This document shows, in pieces, positions 11,300 to 20,706 of a DNA stretch of 64,000 nucleotides. Both the position numbers and the translations under genes were made by a program. Below the pieces are notes generated by a model, which was not told the DNA's origin, searched no databases, and saw only the letters and a list, made by a program, of their open reading frames with translations. Source of the DNA: an uncultured Bacilli bacterium (lineage in GTDB: Bacteria; Bacillota_I; Bacilli_A; RFN20; CAG-631); the NCBI GenBank assembly GCA_947627355.1, contig CANQVX010000004.1, positions 12,459-76,458 on the forward strand, in the 5' to 3' direction. Positions within the stretch are counted from its first letter, which is position 1. Every line of letters begins with the position of its first letter.

Positions 11300-12610
11300 G
11301 TGGCGTTTGAAGGTCTACAAGAAAGATTACAAGGTATATTTAAAAAACTAAAAGGACAAGGTAAATTAACAGAATCCAATATGGATGAAATGTTAAAAGA
11401 AATTAGAATTGCTTTGTTAGAAGCAGATGTTAACTTTAAAGTTGTAAAACAATTTGTTAATAATGTTAAAGAAAAAGCCCTTGGTGAAAAAGTCATGGCA
11501 TCTTTAACACCTTCTCAAATGGTTGTAAAAATTGTAAAAGATGAATTAGTAGAACTATTTGGTAAAGAAACCGCACCTTTGAAGTTTGAATTAAGTCGTC
11601 CTACAGTTATCATGATGGTTGGTTTAAATGGTAGTGGTAAAACTACAACATCAGGGAAACTAGCTAAACTATTAAAGAAAAATGGTAAGAATCCTTTATT
11701 AGTTGCTGCTGATATTTATCGTCCAGCTGCTGTTGAACAATTAAAAACAATAGCAAAACAAATTGATGTACCTTGTTTTAGTATGGAAAATACATCAGCT
11801 GAAAAGATTGCTACTAGTGCTCTAGATTATGCTAAAAACAACAATTTCAATGTTGTTATTCTAGATACTGCTGGTCGTCTTCAAATTGATGAAGCTTTGA
11901 TGAAAGAACTTGAAAACATTTCATCATTAATTGATATAACAGAAACTATCTTAATCATTGATGCTATGTCAGGTCAAGATAGTGTAAATGTCGCTAATGC
12001 TTTCCATGAAAAATTAAATGTTACAGGTTTAATTATGACTAAGATGGATAGTGATGCTAGAGGTGGAGCAGCTTTATCAATTAAGTTTTTAACTGGTATT
12101 CCTATTAAATATGTAGCATCTGGTGAAAAAATGGATGATATTGAAATCTTCCATCCTGATAGAATGGCTGATCGTATCATTGGTATGGGTGATATCTTAA
12201 CATTAGTTGAACAAGCTCAAGAAAAAATCGATGAAAAAGAAGCTAAAAAAGCCGTTAATAAGATGATGAGTGGTAAGTTTGATTTAGAAGATATGCTAAC
12301 ACAAATGGAACAAGTAAATAGACTAGGCTCAATTTCTAAGATATTAAGATTTATTCCAGGTATGCCAAAGATTTCAGCGGAAGATATGGATAAAGCTCAA
12401 GTTGAAATGAAAAAGACTAAAGCTATTATTCAAAGTATGACACCTTATGAAAGAAAACATCCAGAAGTATTAAAAGCATCAAGAAAAATAAGAATTGCTA
12501 AAGGTAGTGCAATGCAAGTAAGTGATGTTAACAATGTCTTAAAGAAATATGAGCAATCAAAAGAATTGATGAAACAAATGAAAGGTAAAATGGGTAATAG
12601 AGCCTTTTAA
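11300..12610 (+). CDS. ffh: signal recognition particle protein Ffh
   Basis: NG domain (GLNGSGKTTTSGKLA, DTAGR, TKMD) plus a Met-rich M domain. Likely GTG start at 11300, giving N-terminus MAFEGLQERLQ typical of Ffh, with SD GGTGA. The ORF-track start at 11288 overlaps the ylxM stop. Confidence 0.93.
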   Translation: MAFEGLQERLQGIFKKLKGQGKLTESNMDEMLKEIRIALLEADVNFKVVKQFVNNVKEKALGEKVMASLTPSQMVVKIVKDELVELFGKETAPLKFELSRPTVIMMVGLNGSGKTTTSGKLAKLLKKNGKNPLLVAADIYRPAAVEQLKTIAKQIDVPCFSMENTSAEKIATSALDYAKNNNFNVVILDTAGRLQIDEALMKELENISSLIDITETILIIDAMSGQDSVNVANAFHEKLNVTGLIMTKMDSDARGGAALSIKFLTGIPIKYVASGEKMDDIEIFHPDRMADRIIGMGDILTLVEQAQEKIDEKEAKKAVNKMMSGKFDLEDMLTQMEQVNRLGSISKILRFIPGMPKISAEDMDKAQVEMKKTKAIIQSMTPYERKHPEVLKASRKIRIAKGSAMQVSDVNNVLKKYEQSKELMKQMKGKMGNRAF

Positions 12611-12650
12611 ATTTATCGATAGAATCGTATAAATTTATATTTATTAATAG

Positions 12651-12695
12651 TGTCAAGTAAAAATACTTGACAGAGATATTAAAATTAATTATAAT
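12651..12695 (+). promoter_or_regulatory. consensus sigma-A promoter for the rpsP operon, with a palindrome over the -35
   Basis: TTGACA (12667-12672), 17-nt spacer, TATAAT (12690-12695). SD AAGGAGG follows. The 9-bp inverted repeat TGTCAAGTA-aaaa-TACTTGACA (12651-12672) overlaps the -35. Confidence 0.55.
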
Positions 12696-12720
12696 TAAAC
12701 CGCAATAAGGAGGAAAAAAT

Positions 12721-13020
12721 ATGTCTGTAAAAATTAGAATGCAAAGAGTAGGCCGTCGTAATTTAGCTAGTTATCGTATCGTTGTAGCTGATTCTCATAG
12801 CCCACGTGATGGTCGTTTTATTGAAATTCTTGGAACTTATGATCCAAAAGTTAATCCTGCTAAAATCGTTTTAGATGATGAAAAAGCTTATGAATGGTTA
12901 AAAAAAGGAGCTATTCCTTCAGATACCGTTAGATCTTTTCTATCTCAACGTGGAATTCTAAAAAGAATTCATGAAGAAAAGATTGCTTTAAAAAAAGAAC
13001 AAAAAGCTGAGGATAAGTAA
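12721..13020 (+). CDS. rpsP: 30S ribosomal protein S16
   Basis: MSVKIRMQRVGRRNLASYRIVVADSHSPRDGRFIE matches the S16 family. Confidence 0.95.
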   Translation: MSVKIRMQRVGRRNLASYRIVVADSHSPRDGRFIEILGTYDPKVNPAKIVLDDEKAYEWLKKGAIPSDTVRSFLSQRGILKRIHEEKIALKKEQKAEDK

Positions 13021-13025
13021 ACAAT

Positions 13026-13274
13026 ATGGAAGAATTAATTAGAAAAATAATTCTACCAATGGTTAATAAACCAGATGCTTTAATGATTACTGTTATGCCT
13101 CAAATTGAAGGCGAACCTTTAGAAATTGTTGTTACTGCTGATAAAGATGATGTTTCTCGTCTAATTGGAAAAAATGGTGTGGTTGCTGAAGCAATTCGTG
13201 AAGTTTGTTCCATTAAAGCTCGTTTAAATGATTTAAGAGTTCGTATTAAATTTGAATCATACGAAGAAAATTAA
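13026..13274 (+). CDS. KH-domain RNA-binding protein (YlqC-like)
   Basis: 82 aa KH-type fold (GxxG-like IGKNG). Conserved position between rpsP and rimM. Confidence 0.8.
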   Translation: MEELIRKIILPMVNKPDALMITVMPQIEGEPLEIVVTADKDDVSRLIGKNGVVAEAIREVCSIKARLNDLRVRIKFESYEEN

Positions 13275-13315
13275 TAGATGGTGACATCTATTTTTTTTAA
13301 AAAGAAGGTGAAAAA

Positions 13316-13834
13316 ATGCAAGTATTAGTCGGTAAAATTGTTGCAACATATGGCTTAAAAGGTGCTTTAAAAGTCTATTCTCATTCAGACTTTGCTACTA
13401 CTCGTTATAAAAGAAATAGTGAAGTTATTTTAATTAATCCTGAAACTAATAACACTATAACTTTAAAAGTTGCTTCTTATAAAAAAGTTAAAAACATGGA
13501 TGTTGTTACTTTTCTTGATTTAAATGATATTAATCTTGTAAAAGATTATGTTGGTTATGAAATCTATAAAGAAGTAAATAGTAAAGACTTACCTAAAGAT
13601 AGTTATTTTTATAATGACTTAATTGGTTGTAACCTAGTTTATCTTGATAAGATTGTAGGTAAAGTTATTGCTGTTATTGATTTTGGAAGGCAATATAACT
13701 TACGTGTTGAACAAGCTGACAAATCAACATTTTTATACCCTTTTATCGACATTTTTTTAGATAATGTAGATATTGAAAACAAAATTATTAAAATTAAACC
13801 AATTAAAGGAATGATTCCCGATGAAAAGAATTGA
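13316..13834 (+). CDS. rimM: 16S rRNA processing protein RimM
   Basis: N-terminal VGKIVATYGLKGALKV and a C-terminal PRC barrel. 172 aa. Position between the KH gene and trmD. Confidence 0.88.
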   Translation: MQVLVGKIVATYGLKGALKVYSHSDFATTRYKRNSEVILINPETNNTITLKVASYKKVKNMDVVTFLDLNDINLVKDYVGYEIYKEVNSKDLPKDSYFYNDLIGCNLVYLDKIVGKVIAVIDFGRQYNLRVEQADKSTFLYPFIDIFLDNVDIENKIIKIKPIKGMIPDEKN

Positions 13835-14585
13835 TATTTTAACATTATTTCCCGATTTCTTCGACAAATTTGTTGATACATCAATTATCAAAAGAGCCAT
13901 TGATAAACAAATAGTTCAAGTAAATTGTGTTAATATTCGTGATTTTTCTTTAGATAAAAATAAACGCGTTGATGATTATCCTACTGGTGGTGGAGCCGGT
14001 ATGATTTTGCAATGTCAACCTGTGATTGATGCTATTAGAAGCGTTAAAAAAGAAAACAGCAAAGTTTATTTATTATCTGCTAGTGGTAAAACATTTAATC
14101 AACAAATGGCTCATGAACTAGCAAATATTGACCATTTAATTCTTGTTTGTGGTCATTATGAAGGTGTTGATGCTAGAATCTTAAATGAAGTTGATGATGA
14201 AATATCAATTGGTGATTATATTCTAACTGGTGGAGAAATTCCTGCGATGATTGTTGCTGATGCAACAATTAGATTACTAGAAGGTAGCATTTCTAGTGAT
14301 TCAACTAAAGAAGAATCATTTGAAAGTGGACTTCTAGAATATCCTCAATATACTTTTCCTAGAGTCTATGAAGATAATAAAATACCTGATATTTTATTCT
14401 CAGGTAATCATTTAACTATTAAAGAATGGCGTTTCAAACAAAGTTATTTAAAAACATTGGCTAATCGACCAGACCTAATAGCTAAAAAAATATTTACAAA
14501 ACAAGAAACAAAATGGATTGAAGAATTAACAAATTCTTCGAGTGAAACGATAGCAATTAAAAAGGCTCAAAAGTTTATGAAATAA
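13821..14585 (+). CDS. trmD: tRNA (guanine37-N1)-methyltransferase TrmD
   Basis: SPOUT fold motifs: IDILTLFP, DDYPTGGGAGMIL, ILVCGHYEGVDARI, YILTGGEIPAMI. Confidence 0.93.
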   Translation: MKRIDILTLFPDFFDKFVDTSIIKRAIDKQIVQVNCVNIRDFSLDKNKRVDDYPTGGGAGMILQCQPVIDAIRSVKKENSKVYLLSASGKTFNQQMAHELANIDHLILVCGHYEGVDARILNEVDDEISIGDYILTGGEIPAMIVADATIRLLEGSISSDSTKEESFESGLLEYPQYTFPRVYEDNKIPDILFSGNHLTIKEWRFKQSYLKTLANRPDLIAKKIFTKQETKWIEELTNSSSETIAIKKAQKFMK

Positions 14586-14599
14586 AACTTGCATTAAGT

Positions 14600-14700
14600 C
14601 AAACTTTTTGCTATCATTATTTATGCATTTTTGCTCTGATGGTCCGCTGGAAATGAGTCACGAGTCCATGAACATCTTATAAAAAAATAAGAGGTGAAGT
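14600..14700 (+). ncRNA. candidate rplS (L19) 5' leader structure
   Basis: A locally GC-enriched, structured segment (GATGGTCCGCTGGAAATGAGTCACGAGTCCATGAAC) lies just upstream of the rplS SD. An L19 leader is known in low-GC Gram-positives. Not verified against a covariance model. Confidence 0.25.
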
Positions 14701-14703
14701 CGT

Positions 14704-15054
14704 ATGAACATGAATTTAGTTAAAGAAGTTGTTGCTGATCAAATTCGTCATGATTTACCTAAAGTTAGCATTGGTGATTATGTAAGAGTTAATGTTAACA
14801 TCGTTGAAGGTGAAAAAAGACGTATTCAAGCTTTTGAAGGTACAGTAATTAAAATGCGTGGTGAAGGCGTTGCAAGAACATTTACAGTTAGAAAGATTTC
14901 TAATAACGTAGGTGTTGAAAGAAGCTTCCCGTTCAACAGTCCAGTAGTTGATAGTATTAAAGTACTAGGACATAGTAAAGTAAGACGTGCTAAATTATAT
15001 TACCTTCGTAATTTAACTGGTAAATCAGCAAAATTAAAACAAGTTATTAAGTAA
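14704..15054 (+). CDS. rplS: 50S ribosomal protein L19
   Basis: IGDYVRVNVNIVEGEKRRIQAFEGTVIKMRG is typical of L19. 116 aa. Confidence 0.95.
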   Translation: MNMNLVKEVVADQIRHDLPKVSIGDYVRVNVNIVEGEKRRIQAFEGTVIKMRGEGVARTFTVRKISNNVGVERSFPFNSPVVDSIKVLGHSKVRRAKLYYLRNLTGKSAKLKQVIK

Positions 15055-15062
15055 TAGTGACT

Positions 15063-15091
15063 AAAACAGTTCGAAAGAACTGTTTTTTTTC
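15063..15091 (+). terminator. rho-independent terminator after rplS
   Basis: AAAACAGTTC-gaaa-GAACTGTTTT hairpin followed by a T-run. Confidence 0.8.
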
Positions 15092-15164
15092 TAAACATTA
15101 ACTATTTTTTTGCTTTTTCTTTATATATTAAAGAAAAAAAGTTATACTATAGGTGGTGATTTTA

Positions 15165-15782
15165 ATGGAAGAAAGCCAAAAAAAGAAAAAAAGTGTTTTT
15201 TCAATTGTGATAACAGTTGTGTTATCAGTTTTTGGTGTCTTTTTAATTACCATTTTTGCTATTAGAATGTATTTAAATTCAGCTTATATTTTTGCTTGTA
15301 CTGTTGGTGATTCAATGTATCCTACATTTTCTGGTAGTGCTGGGGAATATGAATACATCATGTTTAAAAAAGTTAAGAAAAAGACTGTTTTAAAACGTTT
15401 TGATGTTGTTGCTGTCCATATCTCACAAAATGAAGACTGGATGAAAAGAATTGTAGGCTTGCCAAATGAAAAAATAGCTTATCATGAAGGACTTCTTTAT
15501 ATCAATGATAATGTTGTTAATGAACCATTTGTAACTATGGATGATCATTTTGACTATGGTTTTGAGGTGACTGATATTCAACTAGGTGCTAATGAATATT
15601 TCATCATTGGTGATAATAGAACACCTTTAGGTACAGCTAGTATAAAAGTTAGTAGAAATCAAATTTATGGTGTTAATGGTTTTGTTTATAAAACTTGCAA
15701 TCGCCCTAATAAAAATGGTTGGGGTATTTTTGAAAAGGGTTGCAAGATAACTTATAGAAAAATAAATAACAAATATGCTTGA
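15165..15782 (+). CDS. lepB: signal peptidase I (S26 family)
   Basis: N-terminal TM anchor. SPase box B VGDSMYPTF. Box D/E GDNR (IIGDNRTP). SD AGGTGGTGA upstream of the ATG at 15165. Confidence 0.85.
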   Translation: MEESQKKKKSVFSIVITVVLSVFGVFLITIFAIRMYLNSAYIFACTVGDSMYPTFSGSAGEYEYIMFKKVKKKTVLKRFDVVAVHISQNEDWMKRIVGLPNEKIAYHEGLLYINDNVVNEPFVTMDDHFDYGFEVTDIQLGANEYFIIGDNRTPLGTASIKVSRNQIYGVNGFVYKTCNRPNKNGWGIFEKGCKITYRKINNKYA

Positions 15783-16009
15783 TTTGACCGACAAATTATT
15801 CAATTTATTAGGCTAAGAAATAAAAATGCTCTAGAGTTTTAGGAATATGGGAATCGATTTATAATCCAAATTTTAATTCTGTCGAATTCGACGGGTTTAG
15901 AAAAAGTAAACTGGTATATACCAACTTTAGTTAACTATTTACCAAATACTTATAAATATAGGTAGTTCCAATATAAGTTAACAAAAACAGAAAGAAAGGT
16001 GAATTTTAA

Positions 16010-16245
16010 ATGAATGATGACAATAATTTAATAATCTATAAAAATAGTGACGGAAATATAATAGTAGATGCTATATTTAAAGATGATATGGCTTACACAA
16101 AAAGGAATGGTAAAAGTTTTTGATTGCTCTACTGACAATATATCATTGCACTTAAAAAATATTTTTAAGGATAATGAACTTGATGAAAATTCAGTTGTCG
16201 AGGAATCCTCGGTAACTGCTTATGATGGAAAAATTATAAAATAAT
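16010..16245 (+). pseudogene. rhuM-family (virulence protein RhuM-like) gene remnant, frameshifted and truncated
   Basis: Frame 1 gives MNDDNNLIIYKNSDGNIIVDAIFKDD...KSF*. The +1 frame continues TDNISLHLKNIFKDNELDENSVVEESSVTAYDGKIIK*. Together these match the conserved RhuM N-terminus (IYQTEDGK..IEVRL..WLTQ.QMAELF...NISLHIKNIF.EGEL.ENSVV......DGKNYKT). Only about 75 of about 330 residues remain. Confidence 0.6.
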
Positions 16246-16266
16246 AATTTAAGGGAAGTGATTCAA

Positions 16267-17151
16267 ATGTCAAATGAAGAAAAAAGTTACCAAAAAACAA
16301 ACATCAACTGGTTTCCAGGTCATATGGCTAAAGCATTAAGACAAATCAAAGAAAAAATTGATTTAGTTGATATTGTTTTAGAACTTGTTGATAGTAGAGC
16401 TCCTCTAGCTAGTAGTAATCCAGTTCTTCAAGATTTGATTAAAAATAAATATTATTTAAGAATCTTTACAAAGGTCGATTTAGCCGACAATAATTGCACT
16501 AATGAATATAAAAAATATTTAAAAAAACATAATATTCCAGCAGTTTTTGTTGACTTAAATAAAAATGATGCTTATAAAATAATTTTGAATCAAGTACAAC
16601 TTATAACCAAACAAATCTTTGAAAAAGATATTAAAAAAGGTTTAAAGCCTAGAACTATTAGAGCAATGGTCGTAGGTATTCCTAATGTTGGGAAATCAAC
16701 CTTAATCAACACTTTATCTAAAAGAAAAAGTGCTGCTGTAGGTAATCGTCCAGGCTTTACAAAGGCTCAACAATGGATTCGTTGTAAAGATATTGACTTA
16801 CTTGATACTCCAGGTGTGCTATGGCCTAATTTGACAGAAAATCAAAATGGTGTTAAATTAGCATTGATAGGTTCTATTAAAGAAGAAATTCTTCCAAGTC
16901 TTGAACTTGCAAATATTGCTATCGAATTTTTAAACAGAAACTATAAAGATTTACTTATGAATCGTTATAATATTGCTTATAATGGCGATTTTAATGAGTA
17001 TATAGAAACGTTTGCAACCATAAGGGGCCATTTATACCCTGATGGTAAAAAGAACATAGAACGCAGTGCAAATGCCATTTTAAACGATTTTAAAAATGGT
17101 TTGATTGGTAAAATTAGTTTAGAAAGGTGTGAGGTGGATGGCTGGTTTTGA
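16267..17151 (+). CDS. rbgA: ribosome biogenesis GTPase A (YlqF/RbgA), circularly permuted GTPase
   Basis: WFPGHMAKA motif. Permuted G motifs (TKVDL...; GIPNVGKSTLIN; DTPG). Position upstream of rnhB. Confidence 0.9.
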   Translation: MSNEEKSYQKTNINWFPGHMAKALRQIKEKIDLVDIVLELVDSRAPLASSNPVLQDLIKNKYYLRIFTKVDLADNNCTNEYKKYLKKHNIPAVFVDLNKNDAYKIILNQVQLITKQIFEKDIKKGLKPRTIRAMVVGIPNVGKSTLINTLSKRKSAAVGNRPGFTKAQQWIRCKDIDLLDTPGVLWPNLTENQNGVKLALIGSIKEEILPSLELANIAIEFLNRNYKDLLMNRYNIAYNGDFNEYIETFATIRGHLYPDGKKNIERSANAILNDFKNGLIGKISLERCEVDGWF

Positions 17152-17788
17152 ATATGAAAAACAATATTGGTGGCAAGGTGATGAATATGTCGCTGGTCTT
17201 GATGAAGTAGGACGTGGTTCAATTGCTGGACCACTAGTTGTTGCTTGTGTTATTTTCCCACCTTTTTATAGTAATAATGCTATTGATGATTCAAAGAAGT
17301 TAACTGATAGACAACGTCGTAAATTAGTTGATGTCATTAAAAAAGATGCTATTGCTTATCATATTGAAGTTATAACAGTTGAAGAAGTAGATAATTATAA
17401 TATTTATCTAGCAACTCAAATTGGTATGGAAAGAGCTGTTAAAAAAATAACTCCTGCACCTCAAGCAATTCTTACTGATGCTATGCCACTTCCAACAATT
17501 ACAAATTGTCCGGTCGAAGCGATAATTAAAGGTGATCAAAAATCAGTAACAATAGCAGCCGCTTCAATTCTTGCTAAAGTTTATCGTGATGATATCATGA
17601 TTGAACTAGCAAAAGAATTTCCAGGCTATGGTTGGGAACAAAACAAAGGTTATTGTACTAAAAAACATGTTGACGCTTTGGAAGAGTTAGGTATCAATAT
17701 CCATCACAGAAAAACATATTCACCTGTTTCTAATTATGTTGAACATGATGTTCAAATTTCATTAGACGATTTATTAAAAAATAAATAA
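17138..17788 (+). CDS. rnhB: ribonuclease HII
   Basis: AGLDEVGRGSIAGPLVVA active-site region and DDSKKL. About 216 aa. Conserved ylqF-rnhB pair. Confidence 0.92.
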   Translation: MAGFEYEKQYWWQGDEYVAGLDEVGRGSIAGPLVVACVIFPPFYSNNAIDDSKKLTDRQRRKLVDVIKKDAIAYHIEVITVEEVDNYNIYLATQIGMERAVKKITPAPQAILTDAMPLPTITNCPVEAIIKGDQKSVTIAAASILAKVYRDDIMIELAKEFPGYGWEQNKGYCTKKHVDALEELGINIHHRKTYSPVSNYVEHDVQISLDDLLKNK

Positions 17789-17844
17789 AAAATAGGTCAT
17801 TTTTAAATTTTCCCTCTACTTGTAATATTAGGAGGGATTTTTTT

Positions 17845-18603
17845 ATGAGAAGAATATTATTATATTTTGCATTGAAGTATGAAGGTGATTATTTTTTGAT
17901 TCTAGAAGCTATCAAAGGAAAGGAAAGAGTAGATGAAAAAGACCTAAAGGATATTGAAAAAAAGATTAATTGTAAATACGTTACAATAATTGATGAAAAT
18001 TATCCAAGTAAACTTAAGAATTCATTTAGACCACCGTGGGTATTATTTTATTATGGTGATTATAGTTTGGTTGAAAAAAATAGCATTGCTGTAATAGGAG
18101 CAAGACAAAACAGTTATTATGGCAAGATTATGTGTGAAAAGATTGTAAAAGAAAGTAAACCTTATGTTGATGTGATTGTCAGTGGACTTGCTTATGGTAT
18201 TGATAGCATTGCTCATCGTCAAGCCTTAAATTCACAAATTAAAACCATTGCTATATTAGGATCAGGTATTGATTATTGTTATCCTAAACAGCATCTAAAA
18301 CTATATGAAGAAATATGTAAAAAAGGTTTAGTTATCAGTGAATATCCTAACAAAGTGACACCTAGAAAAGATAATTTCTTGATTCGTAATCGTTTGATAG
18401 CAGGTTTAAGTGATCAAGTAGTAGTAATTGAGGCTAATTATAAATCAGGTACCATGAATACTGTAACATTTGCTTTAGAATATGGTAAGGATGTATGTTG
18501 TGTGCCATCTCTTGCTACTAAAAAAAGTGGTTGTAATATGTTAATTAAACAAGGGGCAAAACTAGTTGAAAACGCTAAAGATATTTTTGAAAATAATTTC
18601 TAA
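17845..18603 (+). CDS. dprA: DNA processing protein DprA (Smf), short form
   Basis: Rossmann-like DprA core (VIGARQNSYYG, SGLAYGIDSIAHRQAL, IAGLSDQVVVIEA). 252 aa, no C-terminal winged-helix extension. Lies upstream of topA as in Bacillus. Confidence 0.85.
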   Translation: MRRILLYFALKYEGDYFLILEAIKGKERVDEKDLKDIEKKINCKYVTIIDENYPSKLKNSFRPPWVLFYYGDYSLVEKNSIAVIGARQNSYYGKIMCEKIVKESKPYVDVIVSGLAYGIDSIAHRQALNSQIKTIAILGSGIDYCYPKQHLKLYEEICKKGLVISEYPNKVTPRKDNFLIRNRLIAGLSDQVVVIEANYKSGTMNTVTFALEYGKDVCCVPSLATKKSGCNMLIKQGAKLVENAKDIFENNF

Positions 18604-18710
18604 AATTTTTAATATTAATTTTAATATTAAGTATTAAAGTATAAAAAGATTGCCATTGACATAATTTAAAAAATGGTGTAAAACTTTTTAGGTACCGAAA
18701 GGATGATTAT

Positions 18711-20681
18711 ATGAAATTAGTTATTATTGAATCACCAAATAAATCAAAAACAATTATGAAGTATTTGGGTTCAGACTATCATGTCCTTGCATCTTATGGT
18801 CACATTCGTGATTTATCAATCTCAGGTGAAAAGAACCTAGGTGTTGATATAAATGATAATTTTAAACCTTTATATGAAATAGATAATAAAAAGAAAAATA
18901 TTCTAAGAAGAATTAAGGCTGAAAGTGAAAAAGCTGATGAAGTCTATCTAGCAACCGACCCTGATAGAGAAGGTGAAGCAATTTCTTGGCATTTAGCCGA
19001 AGTCTTAAATCTAGATGTTAATACTACTAAAAGAGTAGAGTATCATGAACTAACAAAAAGAGCTATCAATGAAGCCTTTGATAATCCAAGAACAATTAAT
19101 ATGGATCTAGTTAAAAGTCAAGAAACTAGAAGAATTCTCGATAGAATCATTGGTTTTGAACTTTCAACACTACTTAAAAAGAAGATTTCATCACCTTCTG
19201 CTGGTCGTGTTCAATCAGTAGTTTTAAAACTAATTGTTGATAGAGAACAAGAAATCAAAAACTTTAAAGTTGAAACATATTATTTAATTCATGGAAATGT
19301 AACTATTAATAAACATCACATACCAGTTAAATTAGTTGATGATAAAGAAAATGAAATTCATTTTAAATCATTAGAAGAAGCAACTAAATTTGTTGATGAT
19401 TTAAAAGATAAACCAATGAATATCATAGATGTTTTAAAAGAAAACAAGAAACATTATTCAAAACCAGTTCATACTACTTCAACCTTACAACAAGATGCCT
19501 ATAATCTCTATCGTTTTGATAGTAAAAAGACTATGCGTATTGCTCAAAAACTTTATGAAGGTGTTGATTTAGGTAATGGTAATGTTGGTTTAATCACCTA
19601 TATGAGAACTGATAGTGTTCGTATCTCACCTTTATTTATAAACCTTGCTAAAAAACAAATTGAAGATGAATATGGAAAAGAATATGTAGGAGTTGCAAAA
19701 ACTACTAATAAAAATAAAAACCAAGTTCAAGATGCTCATGAAGGTATTAGACCTACTGATAGCACCTTAACTCCTGAAAGCATTGAAGATAAGTTATCAA
19801 AAGAAGAAGCTAAATTATATCGTTTAATTTACTATCGTACATTATGTTCAATGATGAAAGAAGAAATCTATGAACATACTAAAGTATATCTAGAATGTAA
19901 TAACAATAGATTTGTAGCTGTTGGTGAACAAACTGTTTTTGATGGTTTTACTAAAGCTTATCAAAATATTGAAAAATCTAAACGTCAAGGTTTTGCTATC
20001 GATGTTAAAAAAGATGATTCTATCGATAGTTTTATTCTTCAACCAAAAGAAGAAAACACTAAAGCTCCAAGCCGTTATAATGAAGCTAAACTAGTTCAAA
20101 CTATGGAAAGTTTAGGAATTGGTAGACCTTCTACCTATGCTACGATTATTGATACTTTAAAGGTAAGAGATTATGTTTATCTAGAAAAAGGATTCTTTTT
20201 ACCTACTGAACAAGGTGTTATAACAACTACTAAACTTGAAGAATTCTTTAAAGATATCATGAATGTTGAATATACTTCGCAAATGGAAACAAAACTTGAT
20301 GAAATCGCCAATGGTAATGCTGATGAATTAACAACCTTAACTGATTTCTATGCTCCATTTGAAAAAGATGTGGAAGTTGCCTATAAAGATATGGAAGTAG
20401 TTAAAAAAGAACTTCAAACAAATGGTGAGGTTTGTCCTAATTGTGGTAAACCATTAGTGCTTAGAAAAGGCCGTTATGGTAGTTTCTATGCTTGCAGTGG
20501 TTATCCAACTTGTAAATATATCTTAAAAGAAACACCAAAAGAAGAAGAGTTAAGACCATGTCCAGTATGTAAGACAGGTCATCTAGTACTTAGAAAAAGT
20601 CGTTATGGTAGTTTCTATGCATGTAGTAACTATCCTAAATGTAATTATATTGAAAAAAATAGTAAGGCGTCTAAAAAGTGA
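18711..20681 (+). CDS. topA: DNA topoisomerase I
   Basis: TOPRIM N-terminus ([14 protein letters not shown]). Active-site Tyr region ([10 protein letters not shown]). Two C-terminal C4 zinc ribbons ([29 protein letters not shown]; [28 protein letters not shown]). Confidence 0.95.
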   Translation: MKLVIIESPNKSKTIMKYLGSDYHVLASYGHIRDLSISGEKNLGVDINDNFKPLYEIDNKKKNILRRIKAESEKADEVYLATDPDREGEAISWHLAEVLNLDVNTTKRVEYHELTKRAINEAFDNPRTINMDLVKSQETRRILDRIIGFELSTLLKKKISSPSAGRVQSVVLKLIVDREQEIKNFKVETYYLIHGNVTINKHHIPVKLVDDKENEIHFKSLEEATKFVDDLKDKPMNIIDVLKENKKHYSKPVHTTSTLQQDAYNLYRFDSKKTMRIAQKLYEGVDLGNGNVGLITYMRTDSVRISPLFINLAKKQIEDEYGKEYVGVAKTTNKNKNQVQDAHEGIRPTDSTLTPESIEDKLSKEEAKLYRLIYYRTLCSMMKEEIYEHTKVYLECNNNRFVAVGEQTVFDGFTKAYQNIEKSKRQGFAIDVKKDDSIDSFILQPKEENTKAPSRYNEAKLVQTMESLGIGRPSTYATIIDTLKVRDYVYLEKGFFLPTEQGVITTTKLEEFFKDIMNVEYTSQMETKLDEIANGNADELTTLTDFYAPFEKDVEVAYKDMEVVKKELQTNGEVCPNCGKPLVLRKGRYGSFYACSGYPTCKYILKETPKEEELRPCPVCKTGHLVLRKSRYGSFYACSNYPKCNYIEKNSKASKK

Positions 20682-20691
20682 CGCCTTTTTA
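20665..20691 (+). terminator. hairpin terminator/attenuator overlapping the topA stop codon
   Basis: AGGCGTC-taaaaagt-GACGCCT followed by TTTTT. The TGA stop lies inside the 3' arm. Confidence 0.55.
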
Positions 20692-20706
20692 AAAGGAACA
20701 AGAATT

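Noticed and set aside
15880-15896. Perfect 12-bp palindrome GTCGAATTCGAC (contains an EcoRI site) in the lepB-rbgA spacer.
   Set aside because: A single occurrence with no phased partner, in a region already explained as a decayed insertion. Probably incidental.
18604-18710. Tandem TTTTAATATTAA x2 and a TTGACA-containing promoter upstream of topA.
   Set aside because: A TTGACA -35 is present at about 18656. The -10 (TAAAAC) is weak, and the short AT repeat is low-complexity. Not strong enough to list as a feature.
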